Assembly: GCF_902459465.1 (NCBI RefSeq) | Contig: NC_047070.1 | Coordinates: forward strand, 12,400,001 to 12,464,000 | From: Asterias rubens | Taxonomy: Eukaryota | Direction: 5' to 3' | DNA length: 64,000 nucleotides | Part shown: piece after piece, positions 1 to 13,000 of the stretch | Layout: the number at the start of each line of letters is the position of its first letter | How positions within the stretch are numbered: the first letter of the stretch is position 1 | Notes under the pieces: model-generated | What the model saw: only the letters and a program-made list of their open reading frames with translations | Told to the model about the DNA's origin: nothing | The model's database searches: none | Made by a program: the position numbers and the translations under genes

Positions 1-1541
1 CTAGTCTTTATCTATCCGATGCCCAAGTATGAACATCATAGCTTTTATACTCGTTGATATACAGCAACAAGCAAATGGTCATTTTTAAACATTAAAAACC
101 TTGTCATGACCTCATCAATGACGTCATCATTCCAAAAAAGTGGCGGTTTCATCTACTCACTATTGCCTATGTACTAGTAAGTTTTAAGTTTGTACAAGCT
201 TTACTTTTGTTTAAAAGCTCAAAAGTTGTTTTGTTGATGTAAAATACCAAAGGCGAACTATGACCCAGGGTAACGACCCGGAAGTTAAGGTCGTACGATT
301 TTAGCATTAACTTTTCAAATGTTGTCAAAGTCTTTATCTATCCGATGCTGAAATATGAACATCATAGCTTTTCTATTCGTTGAGATACAATGTACAGCAA
401 CAAGCAAATGGTCATTTTTCAAAATTAAAAACCCTGTCACGACGTCATCAATGACGCCATCATTCCCAAAATATGGCGGTTTCTTTCACTCACTATTGCC
501 TATGAACATAGTAAGTTTTAAGTTTGTACAAGCTTTACTTTTGTTTAAAAGCTCAAAAGTTGTTTTTTGATGTAAAATACACGAAGGCGAACTTTGACCC
601 AGGGTAACGACCCGGAAGTTAAGGTCGTGCGATTTTGGCATTAACTTTTCAAATATTGTCCAAGTCTTTATCTATCCGATGCTGAAATATGAACATCATA
701 GCTTTTCAATTGGTTGAGATACAGCAACAAGCAAATGGTCATTTTTCAAAATTAAAAACCCTGTCATGACGTTATCAATGACGTCATCATTCCCAAAAAG
801 TGGCGGTTTATTCCACTCACCATTGCCTATGAACATAGTAAGTTTTAAGTTTGTACAAGCTTTACTTTTGTTTAAAAGCTCAAAAGTTGTTTTGTTGATG
901 TAAAATACACGAATGCGAACTTTGACCCAGGGTAACGACCCGGAAGTTAAGGTCGTACGATTTGGGCGTTAACTTTTCAAATGTTGTCCAAGTCTCTATC
1001 TATCCGATGCTGAAATTTGAACATCATAGCTTCAATATTCGTTGAGATACAGCAACAAGCAAATTGTAATTTTTCAACATTAAAAACCTTGCCATGACGT
1101 CATCAATGACGTCATCAATGACGTCATCAATCCAAAAAAGTGGCAGTTTCATCTACGCACTAGTGCCTATGTACAAAGTAAGTTTTAAGTTTGTACAAGC
1201 TTTACTTTTGCTTTAAAGCTCAAAAGTTGTTTTTTGATGAAAAAATGCGAAGGCGAACTTTGACCCAGGGTAACGACCGGAAGTTAAGGTCATACGATTT
1301 TGGCGTTAACTTTTCAAATGTTGTCCAAGTCTTTATCTATCTGATGCCCAAGTATGAACATCATAGCATTCATATTCGTTGAGATACAGCGAAAAGCAAA
1401 TGTCGTTTTTCAACTTTAAAAACCTTGCCATGACGTCATCAATGACGTCATCATTCCCAAAAAGTGGCGGTTTCATCTACTCACTATTGCCTATGTACAT
1501 AGTAAGTTTTGAGTTTGTACAAGCTTTACTTTTGTTTAAAA
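1..1541. repeat. Tandem satellite, ~326-337-bp unit, ~4.7 copies (continues off the left edge)
   Basis: TCT(T/C)TATCTATC(C/T)GATGC recurs at 5, 331, 665, 993 and 1330, and the whole units align. Confidence 0.95.
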
Positions 1542-1670
1542 TTGCTGGAGAAGGTTCGCAGGGAAAGAAGAACACGAGGGAAAAAAAAACAGAACAATAA
1601 CAATAGTTGTTCGGCTGTTGGCCGAACACCTAATAACAATAGTTGTTCGGCTGTTGGCCGAACACCTAAT
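1..1670 (-). mobile_element. Helentron/HINE-like non-autonomous element carrying the 330-bp satellite; 5' end at ~1670
   Basis: The minus-strand start is ttAGGTGTTCGGccaacagCCGAACAa (duplicated stem-loop, ~1595-1670), followed by a T/C-rich tract and then the array. The same AGGTGTTCGG subTIR opens the element at 25014. Confidence 0.6.
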
Positions 1671-1705
1671 TAATAGAGAGCAATAAACAGAGTGGGAACT
1701 CACCT

Positions 1706-2200
1706 ATAGGTGTGAAACTCCTGGCTGGGTAGAAGCCCTGCTAGCAGCCGTTAGAACCGCCCTCCCCGCTCTGCCCTCTGTCCAGAGTACATCTGAGTAC
1801 ATCCCTCAAATAAACGTGAATGTATTTGGGGTCTTCCAGCAGGCTACCTGTGTAATGTCACTCTAAGAAACACCTTTAAAAAATGCCCATGATGTGGAGG
1901 TCGCCCGAATTTCGTGGGCGTTTACCCTCTCCGACGTTGGCACTTTCGCATCCGAGCGTATCGCTGTGACGAGCCATCGAGTAATCGTGTCCCGGGACGC
2001 TGGGACATGCGGCGGCGTCGACGTAACGAACAACTGTAGGTGGTTACGAAACGGTTCCGTTCGGCTGACATACCACTTAAGTGCCCTGACTGGGCACCAT
2101 AGCTTGTCCTTCCGGACCGACGAGTGGGACTTAATGTCCGGCACAAAGGTATCTGGAAGCAAAAACGTGTCAGACTGGTTCTTGGTCAGAAACCCGTCGC
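1706..2200 (-). pseudogene. DIRS tyrosine recombinase, C-terminal half
   Basis: FLTKNQ, LWCPVRAL, TITRW, AHEIRATSTSWA, then past a TAG stop SDITQVACWKTPNTF, (frameshift) YLRDV and GRAVL. Confidence 0.9.
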
Positions 2201-3314
2201 GGACGGTGCACCAGTGGAGCAGCTCCCAGGTGTGTGCGCACAACTGGGGGGACGGAGTCCCCCCCCTGGTGATTGATGTATGACACGACGGTGGTGTTGA
2301 CGGATTGAACCAACACCGCCTGGCCAACTACCACCCTCGGAAACAGTCTAGCAGCTCGAGTACATTGATGTGGGCCGAGCCGTGCTCGGGGCCCGAACAC
2401 CCGGCCACCTGGCGTTGGCCATGGGTAGCCCCCCAGCCAGACAGAGACGCATCCGTTGTGACAGTCAATGACAGTCGAGGCTTGCGGAAAGCTCGACATC
2501 CCAAGAGGTTTGCGTCATCGAGCCACTACAGGAGGTGTGGGTCCAGCCACGCCGAAGTCGGCACCAAATGACCCACGATCAACCAGTCGTCGAGGTAGGT
2601 AAACACCGACATCCCCCTACCACCTTCACTAATCGGGTGAAGACCCGAGGGGAGGTGGAGAGGCCGAACGGGAGCACTGAGAATTCGTATCGGACATTTT
2701 TGTATTGAAACCGAAGGAATTTCCAGTGCTCTCGGCAGACGGGAACGTGAAGGTTAGCGTTCTTTTAAGTCCAGACTTGCCGCCCATGCTGGCGTCCGGA
2801 TGGACTCTAATGTAATTTTGAGAGTATCCATCCGAAACCGCCTGGGGCGAATAAATCTGTTCAGAGGCTTGAGGTTTAGGATTGGACGCCAAGTGCCGGC
2901 CTCCTTCTTTGGGACCAAGAAGAAAGTCGACATAAACCCCAACCCTATTTCGCCCAATGGAACAACATGAACCGCCCTTTTCTTGATAAGGGATGTTATC
3001 TCCCCTTCGAGAGAAAGGCGTTGTTTCGGGTTTGTCGAGATCGGCATCGGCCGAACCAACATTTCCGACGGAGGGGCGCTAGTGAAGTCGATCGCATAGC
3101 CGCGATCGACTGTACTGAGCACCCATCGGTCGAAGGTCACCTGAGCCCAGGACCCTGCAAAGTCGCGGAGGCGGCCCCCCACGGGTCCGACGATGGGAGG
3201 CCGCCACGAGCCTGACACGTCACTTCCGCCAGCCCCAGGGGTAGCGGGGGCCGGTGCTCGGAAGCCAAGACCGGCAGCTGGGCGTTGTTGACCAGCAAAC
3301 GGCTGGGGTTGCAT
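2200..3314 (-). pseudogene. DIRS reverse transcriptase / RNase H (frameshifted)
   Basis: VGGRL...FLVPKKEAGTWRPILNLKPLN...SLDLK; other frames give LPFGLSTSPRVFT, YLDD (2586-2597), TTDAS and NTTVVSYINHQGG. Confidence 0.92.
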
Positions 3315-3454
3315 GTTCCCATCCCCGCCGAGCTGCCTGCTCGGTTCCGAAAAGCACCGCGTGAGGGCTTGAACGGTTTACGCTGAGGGATAACGAATGA
3401 AGGCTTACCCCTAGCCTGAGGTGGCTTGGCGGAGGGGCCCGCCGGCTTCTTTAA

Positions 3455-3825
3455 GGCAGTGGAGACTATTGGTAATTACTACAAATAATTATTAGCATAA
3501 AACCTTTCTTGGTGACGAGCAATGGGGAGAGGTTGATGGTATAAAACATTTTGAGAACCGGCACCCTCTGAAGTGCCATAGTTTTTGAGAAAAAAGTGAT
3601 TTTCCACCAATTTGATTTCGAGAACTCAGATTTAGAGCTTGAGGTCTCGAAGTCAACCATCTAAATGCGTCAACTTCGTGTGACAAGGGTGTTTTTTTCT
3701 TTCATTGTTATCTCGCAAGTTCGATGACCGATTGAGCTCAAATTTTCACAGGTTTGTTATTTTATGCATATGTTGAGATACACCAACTGTGAAGGCTAGA
3801 CAATTACCAATAGTGTCCACTGCCT
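3455..3825. mobile_element. TTAA-type (Kolobok-like) MITE inserted in the DIRS element
   Basis: TIRs GGCAGTGGAGACTATTGGTAATT / AATTACCAATAGTGTCCACTGCCT with TTAA at 3451-3454. Same family as 58081-58466. Confidence 0.85.
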
Positions 3826-3829
3826 TTTA

Positions 3830-5290
3830 GGTTAATTTTCTCAGTAGCCTTAAGCCGCTTGGCCTCCGCCTGCATTAGCTCCTCAAATTTCCCTGCAAAC
3901 AAATCTCCGCCCCCCAAAGGAAGGGCCTAAAACCTCTTGCGAGCGCCCGGAGACGAGAGAAAAAAGGGCATCGAGTGCGTTGCACCGATGAGCACGCGTC
4001 GCCAATGTCGTCACTCGTGCGAACTGGTCTAGCGCTGTTCTCAGCCCATGGTCAAGGCAGTGAAAGGCCGCGCGCAACATGTTCGCGGGAACATCACTGT
4101 CCTCTTCGCACTCCATGGCCAAGTATTCGGTCAAGAGCAGCAAAAATGATGTTGACCGCATACCAAATCTACAAGTGACATCGACTTTCTCAAGGTTCCC
4201 TCTAACTTATCTCGTACCCTTTGAATGCTGTGGCCCCGGCATCGGCGACTAATTTATCTTTCACCGAGTCATGTAGCACTGGTTAAAGAACTCCTCGAAG
4301 TCCGCCTGAGGAAACTGGTAGTATTCACTCTCACGAGATGAATACGGACGCCATTTGGAATTGGCCCTGATTACCTGCATCCGATCAACACACACTTGAT
4401 CCAGCGCATTGGGGAAAAACTTTATCCCTTCCTGCCGCCGGACCCGTTCGGCGTTTGAAAGACTACTTAGTCAGTAACAGCGACTCGCCAACAGTGGGGA
4501 GATCTAGTACCATATCCCGCTGTACCAAGCGCAACTCTGTCTCCGTTATAGATAACCGTTACAGCTGTGCCACCTCGTCCTCCCCAGCCAAATCCCCAGA
4601 GCGAGACGCGTGGGCCGACAGCGGGGATCGGGAGCCGTGTGAACTTGTTGGAGCGGCGTTCCGGCCCTGCACATGAGGCCCCCCCAGGTCGAAAAAGCCG
4701 ACGATGGGTGGATGCTCAACGCCGGCTGGGAGACCGGAGCACGGCTAACCGTGTGCGGTACCGCCCCAAACCAACCATGGCCAATGACCGATGGTTGGGG
4801 GGGTTGAGTAATCTCATTCGGCTGCCCAAACCCGACTGGCATCTGCCGGGGGCAGGGAGGCCAGTCAGGGATGCCGTAAAGGACTGAAATGCTTGGAAAA
4901 GACCAGCCCTTGTCATCAAGTCTTCCCCCTTCAGCGTTTGCCGTGGGTAGACTGATCCGAACTCGAGCTACTCGAGGAAGAGCGGTGCGCACACTGCGAC
5001 TTCTTATTATTTCCACCCCTGTGTGACGTATTGTCTTGAGAAACCAAAGACACGTCAGATGGCCGAGGAACGGGCACCCCCGAACACCGGAAACCCGATG
5101 CCGTGGAGCGCCCGTCAGAGCGTGACCCGCTATGGGGCAACAGTCCGTCTAGCCCTCCCCCGGCCCGCGGCGCCCCAACACCCATCGGGTTGGCGGGCGC
5201 TGCGCGGTCCGGGAACCCGGTTAACAACTCGCCCCGGTCACCCGTGCTGTATTGCACTGTGCCAGGGGGTCCGAGAGGCCAGAACCCATT
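3830..5290 (-). pseudogene. DIRS ORF1 (gag-like), fragmented
   Basis: GC-rich coding-like stretch upstream of RT. ORF 3883-4161 (AHRCNALDAL...EVLGPSFGG) resembles the DIRS ORF1 C-terminus. Confidence 0.6.
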
Positions 5291-5821
5291 GAGCCATGAC
5301 AGCTAGCCACAATGGGCTGCCCGGTACTCTGGGTTTGGTCAGTGGCAAGCATTAGACCCGGTACAACGTCTTGCTTACCAACTCGACCCTTCTTAGGCTT
5401 AAGTTCCTGCCGCTAAGAGAAAAGAGGAAGATCACGTGAGGCGCCGCCGGGCGCTGTGGGGCGGCCAATAGAGGGCGCTATTTAATTCTTAGCGATACTA
5501 CCTGCCGGTATAGGGAAATATGCAAAAATAGTATTGTGCTCTACAGGTAAGTATGAGTAAAGTAGACCTACAAAAACAACTTGCCCAAACTAATGAACTA
5601 CTGTAGTTTCATTAAATTTCGTCAAACTTGGTCGCTGCACAAACAAAGATTAAGTTATTGCTCTTTCTGTGGTCAAACAGGAATGTCTAACTTTTTTATT
5701 TTTTCAAGGGCAGTTTCCAGATAAACCATTATTGTATTAAGTCTAATATACTTGAAACAAAAATGGTGTGTTGACAAACACAAATGCCCCGCTAAGATTG
5801 GAGTTGCTACACCTATATGTA

Positions 5822-6110
5822 CAAGTCCTTTTCGAGTTATTGTTTAAGCCATCATGACCTTACTATTTACCCGAGGGGTCATGAAACAAAAGGCTTCTGG
5901 GGAATCCCTAAAATATTCCACAAACCAAGTTTGGAAGTAATACACCAAGTCCTTTTCGAGTTATTGCCTGGACAACATTTCTTTAGTTTTAGCCATATTG
6001 AGCTTAATATTTATCTGAGGGGCCCAAAACAAAAGGCTTCTGGGGGATCCCATGACTAATCCACAAACCAAGTTTGTAGTTGATATGCCAAGTCCTTTTT
6101 GAGTTTGTTT
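5822..6110. repeat. Diverged tandem repeat, ~125-145-bp unit
   Basis: CAAGTCCTTTT(C/T)GAGTT at ~5822, 5945 and 6088; CAAAAGGCTTCTGGGG and CCACAAACCAAGTTTG also repeat. Confidence 0.6.
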
Positions 6111-6999
6111 TAGCCATAATAGTCTGGTATATACGGGGACCCCCCATACATCCCCCCAGAACTTAACCACACCAATGTTTTTTGGGTGCCTTTTAGGGTC
6201 CTTAATCACAATTGGGATGTTAACAGTGTTTTCTGTATGTTTTTTACCATCCCACTTCCATTTCTGATATCAAATTTTTGCCATTATGCTTCAAATCCAA
6301 GATGGCCGCCAATGGCGGCCATTTTGGCTGCCAAAACTACATGTAGTAAAGATTGAGAAATGTAATATATCAGCCAAATAACAGAACAAAAACAATGTTT
6401 GTTATGTTTTTTACCATCCCACTTCCATTTCTGGCATCCCAATTTTGCTATTGTGAATCAAATCTAAAATGGCGGCTAATGGTGGCCAATTTGGCCGCCA
6501 AAAGTGGTAAAATTTACCAAAAAGTTGTATATCAGCCCAAAATTGTGGAACAGCCATTTAAGTGAAATGAATAGATACATTTTTGTTTAACCATCTAACA
6601 CTTTATTTTGCTGCCTTGCACCAAAATCCAGACAGCCAACAAATGGCTGCAAAAATGGCCACCATAATGGCTTCTAAAATGGCTGCCAAAATTTTTCAAA
6701 TTTTAAGAAAAAAGTCAAAACTTAAGATTTGTTTTATGTTCTGCCCGTATTGTGTATTGTGGTAAATAATGCTTCAAGTATAACCAGTAAGCAGTTTGTA
6801 TGTCTTCCACTTTGATCCATCAAGACCGCAACAGCCCAATTCAATTCATCACTGCAGATTCTTGAGCTTGGTCACTTTTATGTCGTACCCAACTGATAGG
6901 GCCTAACGAGCTAGAATGGGTGATACTTTCCATTGGCCAGGACAGTTGCAGGGCTGTTACAAAATGTAAAATGGAAGCTTCACTCTTCGATATTTCTTC

Positions 7000-7270
7000 C
7001 AAAGAAGACAGCTCAATACACTCCTCTGCACTTTATGGCCGTGTTTAGTGCCTTCTTTGTTGGGATGTTGTCATTAAGGCCAGCAATGAACTACGAGGTC
7101 AATGGTGGCAAGCTTGGTTCTTTGTGCAACCTCTGCATTCGTATTGTGGTCGTACCAATGGATGGCCAGTATGGTCCTTTGGCAACGTTGGTGGAAGGGT
7201 TTTAGTCTTCTCTGGTTAATCTGGAGGAGTGTCCATGTGTCAGAACCATACAGAAGAGGAGGAATGATGC
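7000..7270 (-). pseudogene. RTE-clade LINE RT C-terminal fragment
   Basis: Translates IIPPLLYGSDTWTLLQINQRRLKPFHQRCQRTILAIHWYDHNTNAEV, matching the RTE LLYGSETW...F..RC.R.IL.I.W.D..TN.EV motif. Confidence 0.85.
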
Positions 7271-7589
7271 AGGTTTCTTGTCATTCTGAACTCATCATTG
7301 AGGCCAACGACACTACCTCCTGATGTCTGAAAGGAGTTCTCAATGAAAAAGCCTTCAGCAAGTCTCTCCAGTGCCCCAATATACAAGTAGTAAGTGAAGC
7401 ATGAGAATGGCCACTTCTTGCAGCCATTGCTCATAGAGCCGAATCTACTCGCAGCACAACAAACTTCCCGCTGTTGTTGCTCTCGTAAGACTATAAGCAA
7501 TGCAAGACATCTTGAAGAAGCACTACTGGCTGACGCCATTCTATGCAGTAGGGAAATTAAGAAGTCTTAAACCAACCAGTTAACTCTCT

Positions 7590-8110
7590 TTTCTGCTACA
7601 TTGCCTGCCTAATACTGACAACATCTCAGCAAAGAAGGCACTAAACACGGCCGTAAAATGTAGAGGCAGAATCCCACCGGCACCTGGTTTGTCAAGACCT
7701 AGAGAGGCTGCCCGAGGACATCTTGGATTGAGCAACTGGTACCACCAAGATTCACATCCTGTATCCTACAATCCTGGCCATCTCGTTGGGCCCCACTGCC
7801 CCCTTTCAATGTTGGCACTCATAGCATGGTATTTTATGTTCCCATCAACATTGAGTGAGGGGAAGAGGGATGGGGAGAGAATGTTTATTGTCAGGGGAAG
7901 TGGACAGGGAATGTTTATTGTAACCGGGAACAGGTGGCCCAAGCATTTTGGCTGGGGTTGTAGCTACAAAGCATGGACAGGGGAGATCAGCACAACGGAT
8001 CCCAGCTGTCTAGATGCAGAATCCAACCGGCACCTGGTCTCCCAAAACCTAGAAGCCGCCAAAAACATCTTTGATTGATGAACTGGTCCACCAAACAAGG
8101 TTGACATACT
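7590..8110 (+). pseudogene. Two further degraded 3' fragments of the same RTE family, opposite orientation
   Basis: AAGAAGGCACTAAACACGGCC is shared with the minus copy. Translates DNISAKKALNTAVKCRG...RPR.GCPRTSWIEQL, and a second CCGGCACCTGGT copy lies at ~8025. Confidence 0.7.
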
Positions 8111-8659
8111 CTGGAACCTAGCTACGATGCGTGGACATAGGATATCACAATGGACCCCAGCTGTCTAGATGAAGTAGAGTAAGTTACAAGTGAGTAATAT
8201 CACTCGTGCACTTTTGGCACAATTTGAAGTTGACCGGGTACTTGTTGATGGTATCATCCTGTAGTGCTTTACTGTTAAAATGTGGTAAGCTGACAACCGA
8301 GTGTGTTCAGTTTGACAGCCCATTCTTTGGTTCTGGGGATTCGAGCGAGAGTGATGTGTTCAGTAGGATTTCATCAGATTTGTTAGCTTCTTGTCAGCTT
8401 CATACCAGCTGCAGCACTGAAGGCAGGCCCAATGAAGTCCAGTGAGACGCTGGATGTTCAAAATTGTACAACTTAGAATGCAAAAACAAAATCCCTGGTG
8501 ATTTAACAATTTGACAATGTTAGTTTAAGTAACTGCGCAATATAAATGTCCGTTTTATTATTATTTATTATTATAGAGTATGCCCAATGCCCCTTCGGCT
8601 TCGCTGCGGGGCATAACAAATGAACTTGCAGTTCATCAAGAACAATCATGTATACACAC

Positions 8660-8929
8660 CTTCCCATATCCACACACTCTTGTCTCTGCTGCATGTTGCA
8701 AGTAATGATCCTGATGGAGCCCATGTAACACTTTTCACTTCATTTTCATGTCCTTCCAATGTAGTTACACATTCAAAGTCTCCATTCTTTCGGTTCCATA
8801 TACTTGTAGTGCCATCAAAACTTGCTGATGCTAGCAAATTGCCACATGGAGACCAGCTGACTCGTCGAACTGTACGGGAATGACCGTCTTGAAGCACTGC
8901 CTTGCACACCCAATTAGTGCCTACATCTT
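8660..8929 (-). CDS. CIAO1: CIAO1 internal exon (WD40 repeats 2-3)
   Basis: [39 protein letters not shown]...[39 protein letters not shown], roughly 80% identical to human CIAO1 as recalled. Acceptor cag at 8930 (alternative tag at 8921). Phase-1 donor GAA G|gt at 8659, the same position as a human intron as recalled. Confidence 0.92.
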
Positions 8930-9136
8930 CTGCAAATGAATAGGAAAATAAAACAGTTGGTGAAGTGTACTCATGTACAGTTACAGGCTAATAAGTAGAA
9001 ATACATGACTGACCAATCCAAATCGAACCAACCAACAAACCCATTGATCTTTTATTATATTAACCCTCCTTTTATACATACACTGTACCTTACACATTGT
9101 TTTTTTTTTGGTAGCACACACAGTGGTTGTCAAAGA

Positions 9137-10361
9137 CCTGAGCCCAATTTCAGAGCTGCTTAACGGTCGATTTCGTGCTTAATTGGCGCACCTAGCAAAT
9201 TTGTCATTTCATAGCCTTGGTTAAGCAATGTTATTTGCTTATAGTGGCAAGCAAAAAGGGTCCTTAAAGCCCCATTTCTGTTTAAGCGCAGGGCCCAATT
9301 TCCACATAGAGCTGCGGTAACGGTCAATTTTGTGCTTATTGGGCGCACCTAGCACATTTTTCATTTCATGGCCTTGCTTAAGCAAGGTGTTTTGCTTAAA
9401 GCGGTAAGCAAACAAAAAGGGTCCTTAAAGCCTCTATTTTGCTAAGCAACCTATTCACACAGCGCATAGTGCAACATCATTGCATAATGTTGTTGGTGTA
9501 CGTGTGTATTGACGTGTGTAGTAGGTGTAGCGAAGCAAACGAGTGTCTAAAATGCTTCAGGAATGTTCAAATAATGTATTATCTTCTTGTTTACTGTCAG
9601 ATAGTGTGTAAACCTTTCGAGGGGCACTTTGAACCATTACACATAATACATATCAGACACAGAAGGATATGACTTTTTTTTTTCGCCACTCCGCATTTAT
9701 TTCGCCCGCCATGTTGTCACCACCTTCTTCCTTTTTGCTGAAGCCAACGATCTAAAATGTTGCGCGCGCAGTTTGTTTACGTGCTTAAGCTAGCAACCGC
9801 TCGTGAAATAGGTTTACGCTTAAGCAATTTTTGTTGCTACGTTGAGCAAAAAAATGTGCTTACCGTTAAGCAGCCCTATGCAATTGGGTCCTTCACACAG
9901 TGCACAGTGCGACATAACTGCAATACGTTGTTAGTGTGGCGCGCAGCGGTGTGTATTTTACGTGTGTTTGTATGGTAGGTGTAGCGAAGTAAACGAGTCT
10001 CTAAAATGCCTCAGTAATGTTGTACAATATGTATTATCTTCTTATTTACTCTCTAGTTAGTGTGTAAATCTTTCAAGGGGTGCTTTGAATCATTACAAAT
10101 AGCACATGTAAGACAGAGAAGGCGATGATTTTTTTTTATCGCCACTCTGCATTTATATCGCATGCCATTTTGTCAGTAGGGGGCATACCTTATTCTTTTT
10201 TTTTGCTTAAGCAAGCGATCTAAAATCTTGTACATGCAGTTTGTTTACGTGCTTAAGCTTGTGAAATAGGTGTACAATCCTCCATGGTTGAAGCAATTAT
10301 TGTTACTACGTTAAGCAAAAAAATTTGCTTACCGTTAAGCCGCTCTATGAAATTGGGCCCT
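9137..10361. mobile_element. Harbinger-like MITE with a second copy of the same family nested inside
   Basis: Two left ends GCCCAATTTC..AGAGCTGC (9137, 9291), two right ends GC(T/C)CTATG(A/C)AATTGGG(C/T)CC (~9890, ~10360), and a duplicated ~430-bp interior. Confidence 0.75.
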
Positions 10362-10859
10362 GGAGCCACTGCTTACCCATTGGCCTACATGTACATGTAT
10401 GATTTGAACTGCCTCAAGCCATCAGGCTACATTTACAAACGAGTTCGAATCCCAACCAATTAGTGATTTACTTTGGATTTGTTCACAAAACTTAGACAAG
10501 TACCGAGTAGGCCTATATAATGCTAAACACACTGCAAGGGTAAACAATATTTTTTCTTTATCCTTGATGCAAAACTAAGATCTTATAAATCGTTGCAGGT
10601 CTACTGCAAACACATGGAACTCGAACTACGTACAAAGTAGACTGTACCTACATGTACAAGTAGCCATCGGGCTAATTCGGTGGTCTAGTGGTAAGACAGA
10701 TCTGCTCTAGCAATACAACACCTCATACATGTAACTCAGTGCGCCTATATAAGATCCCATCAAATAAACAAGTTCGCATGAACTGGACAATCAGAGGTAA
10801 CCATAGGCACCACTCCACTGCGTACCACCACCATCGGCCCTATACAAAGCCAAACCACA

Positions 10860-12945
10860 ACTCCAGATACTGAAAATGTGAACTTAGCCCTTCTCAACTG
10901 CCGATCTGCAAGGAATAAAACTGAACTGATAAATGATTTCATTGTAGATAGCAAATTGGATATTTTGGCACTGACAGAAACCTGGTTTACTGGAACTGAA
11001 GATGATCAAAAATACATCGGTGAAATTTGTCCCAGTGGCTTCACTTTCACACACGTCCCTAGAACCGGCCGGCGTGGTGGGGGGTGTTGCTGTCATCTTG
11101 CATAAAAGCTTCAATGTGAAACTTTTGAAAACTCAGTGTTTTGCTTCATTTGAGTACATGATTATTAACATTTCCTCGGGCAACAACTCTGCGATAACTT
11201 TAATTGTACTTTACCGACCACCATTGCCTCTCACAACAACTTCATGACTGAGTTCTCGATGTTGCTTGAGTCCATGGTACTTGAGAACAACTTGGTTGTG
11301 GTTGGTGACTTTAATTTCAACTGGGCACAGAAAGACAGCAGCACCAAAAAGTTAGACAAACTTTTAGACAGCATGGGCTTACTTCAGTGCGTTGAATCAC
11401 CTACACATACCAGTGGCCATGTTCTTGACTACGTCATAGGGAGAGCCAGTGATGATGTACTTATTTCATCTTCGGTCAAGGTATCTACCTTTATATCTGA
11501 TCACTGTAGCGTGGTTTGTGAACTGAAACTAGGTAAACCAAAGTGCTCTTGGAAAGTAGCTACTTACCGTAAATTGAACAAAATAGATCTTGCTGAGTTC
11601 ACCAGGGACATGACCCATCTACTACAAGTTGTACCAGATTCCCTCAAACAACTAATTGACAGACACGCCCCAATACAGAGGCGACTACTACCCGTACGTC
11701 CCCATAGCCCTTGGTATACGCATGACATCATGGAGGCCAAAAAGCAAAAGCGGATGTACGATAAGCAGCGGAGGAAATCGAGTCTAACTGTTCACCGCCA
11801 AATGTTTACAGAGCAAAGAAACCTGGTTCTTCGTTTAATTAGAGATGCCCGACGTGCACATTTCAAACAGAAGATATCAGACAATGCAACAAATCCAAGA
11901 CAACTTTTCGCTGTTGTTGATGGTTCGCTACACAGTAAACCATCACTGTGTCTTCCTGACAGTTCATCTGCATTAGACCTCGCGGAAAGGTTTAATGTTC
12001 ACTTCAAAACCAAAGTTACGCACATCAGGTCGGAGCTTGATGGTCAGATATCATCAGTTTGCAGTCTCTGTCCATGATACTCATTCTACATCGGTACTCC
12101 AACTTTTCGAGACGGAATCGGAAGAAACTGTTGGAAAGCTCATCCGCCGCTCACCCTCAAAATCATGTGACCTCGATCCAATACCCACCTCCTTGTTGAA
12201 AACATTTCTGTCATCTGTCCTACCTGCAATTACAAACATTGTCAACTCATCAATAGAAACAGGAATCGTGCCTCAGCAGCTCAAAAAGGCGCACGTCACC
12301 CCCATCTTAAAGAACTCAAAGCTAGATAAGAACAAGCTGAGTAACTACAGACCTGTGTCGAATCTGCCGTTCATCTCAAAAGTTGTGGAGAAAGTGGTAG
12401 CTGGTCAACTCAATGACTACCTAACATCTAACAACCTGCTTGAGCTGGCACAGTCAGCATATCGAAACCACCACAGCACCGAGACTACGCTCCTGTGTGT
12501 TCAAAATGACATCCTTTGAGCCATTGACAAGAAACTCTCTGTAATTTTAGTGTTACTTGACCTTTCTGCTGCTTTTAAGACTATCGACCACCAAATCCTC
12601 CTTCAACGTCTTCACTACAATTTTGGTATCACTGGAACTGCTTTGAAGTGGTTTACTCCATCAAATTGCACCCAAAATGTAAAAATTGACGGGTCCTTCT
12701 CATCCAACACTACACCACGTTTTGGCGTCCCTCAGGGGTCGGTGCTCGGTCCAGTGTTATTTTCCTTGTACTTTTCACCTGTTGCGAACATTGCTCGTAA
12801 CCACGGACTGTCCGTTCAGCTTTACGCGGATGACGCACAACTATATCTGCCATTTGTCTCCACGGATGCAAACACTGCAGTTGCCCGTACAGAAGCGTGT
12901 GTTGCCGGAGTTCAGGAATGGATGGTCGCAAACAAACTTCAATGG
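10860..12945 (+). pseudogene. L2-clade LINE ORF2 (APE endonuclease + RT), frameshifted, 3' truncated
   Basis: LLNCRSARNK, LALTETW, RRGGG, VVVGDFN, SDH, NYRPVSNLPFISKVVEKVV, QSAYR..HSTET, LLDLSAAF, PQGSVLGP, YADD. Confidence 0.95.
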
Positions 12946-13000
12946 GGTTCGTAGCATAGTGCCTGCCCCTACTACAGCCATGATCTTTGGTTCATAGCCA

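Larger units (their letters stand above)
1672..5518 (-). mobile_element. DIRS-like tyrosine-recombinase retrotransposon, internally deleted and degenerate
   Basis: Order gag-like ORF1 > RT > RNase H > YR on the minus strand. Likely 5' end TTTCCCTATACC at 5518. The 3' part is cut by the HINE at 1670. Confidence 0.9.

Noticed and set aside
355-1600. Short ORFs in the 330-bp satellite
   Set aside because: They recur once per unit with variable frames and show no protein signature.
2629-2892. Separate 87-aa ORF inside the DIRS element
   Set aside because: It is an alternative frame of the frameshifted RT (LPFGL region).
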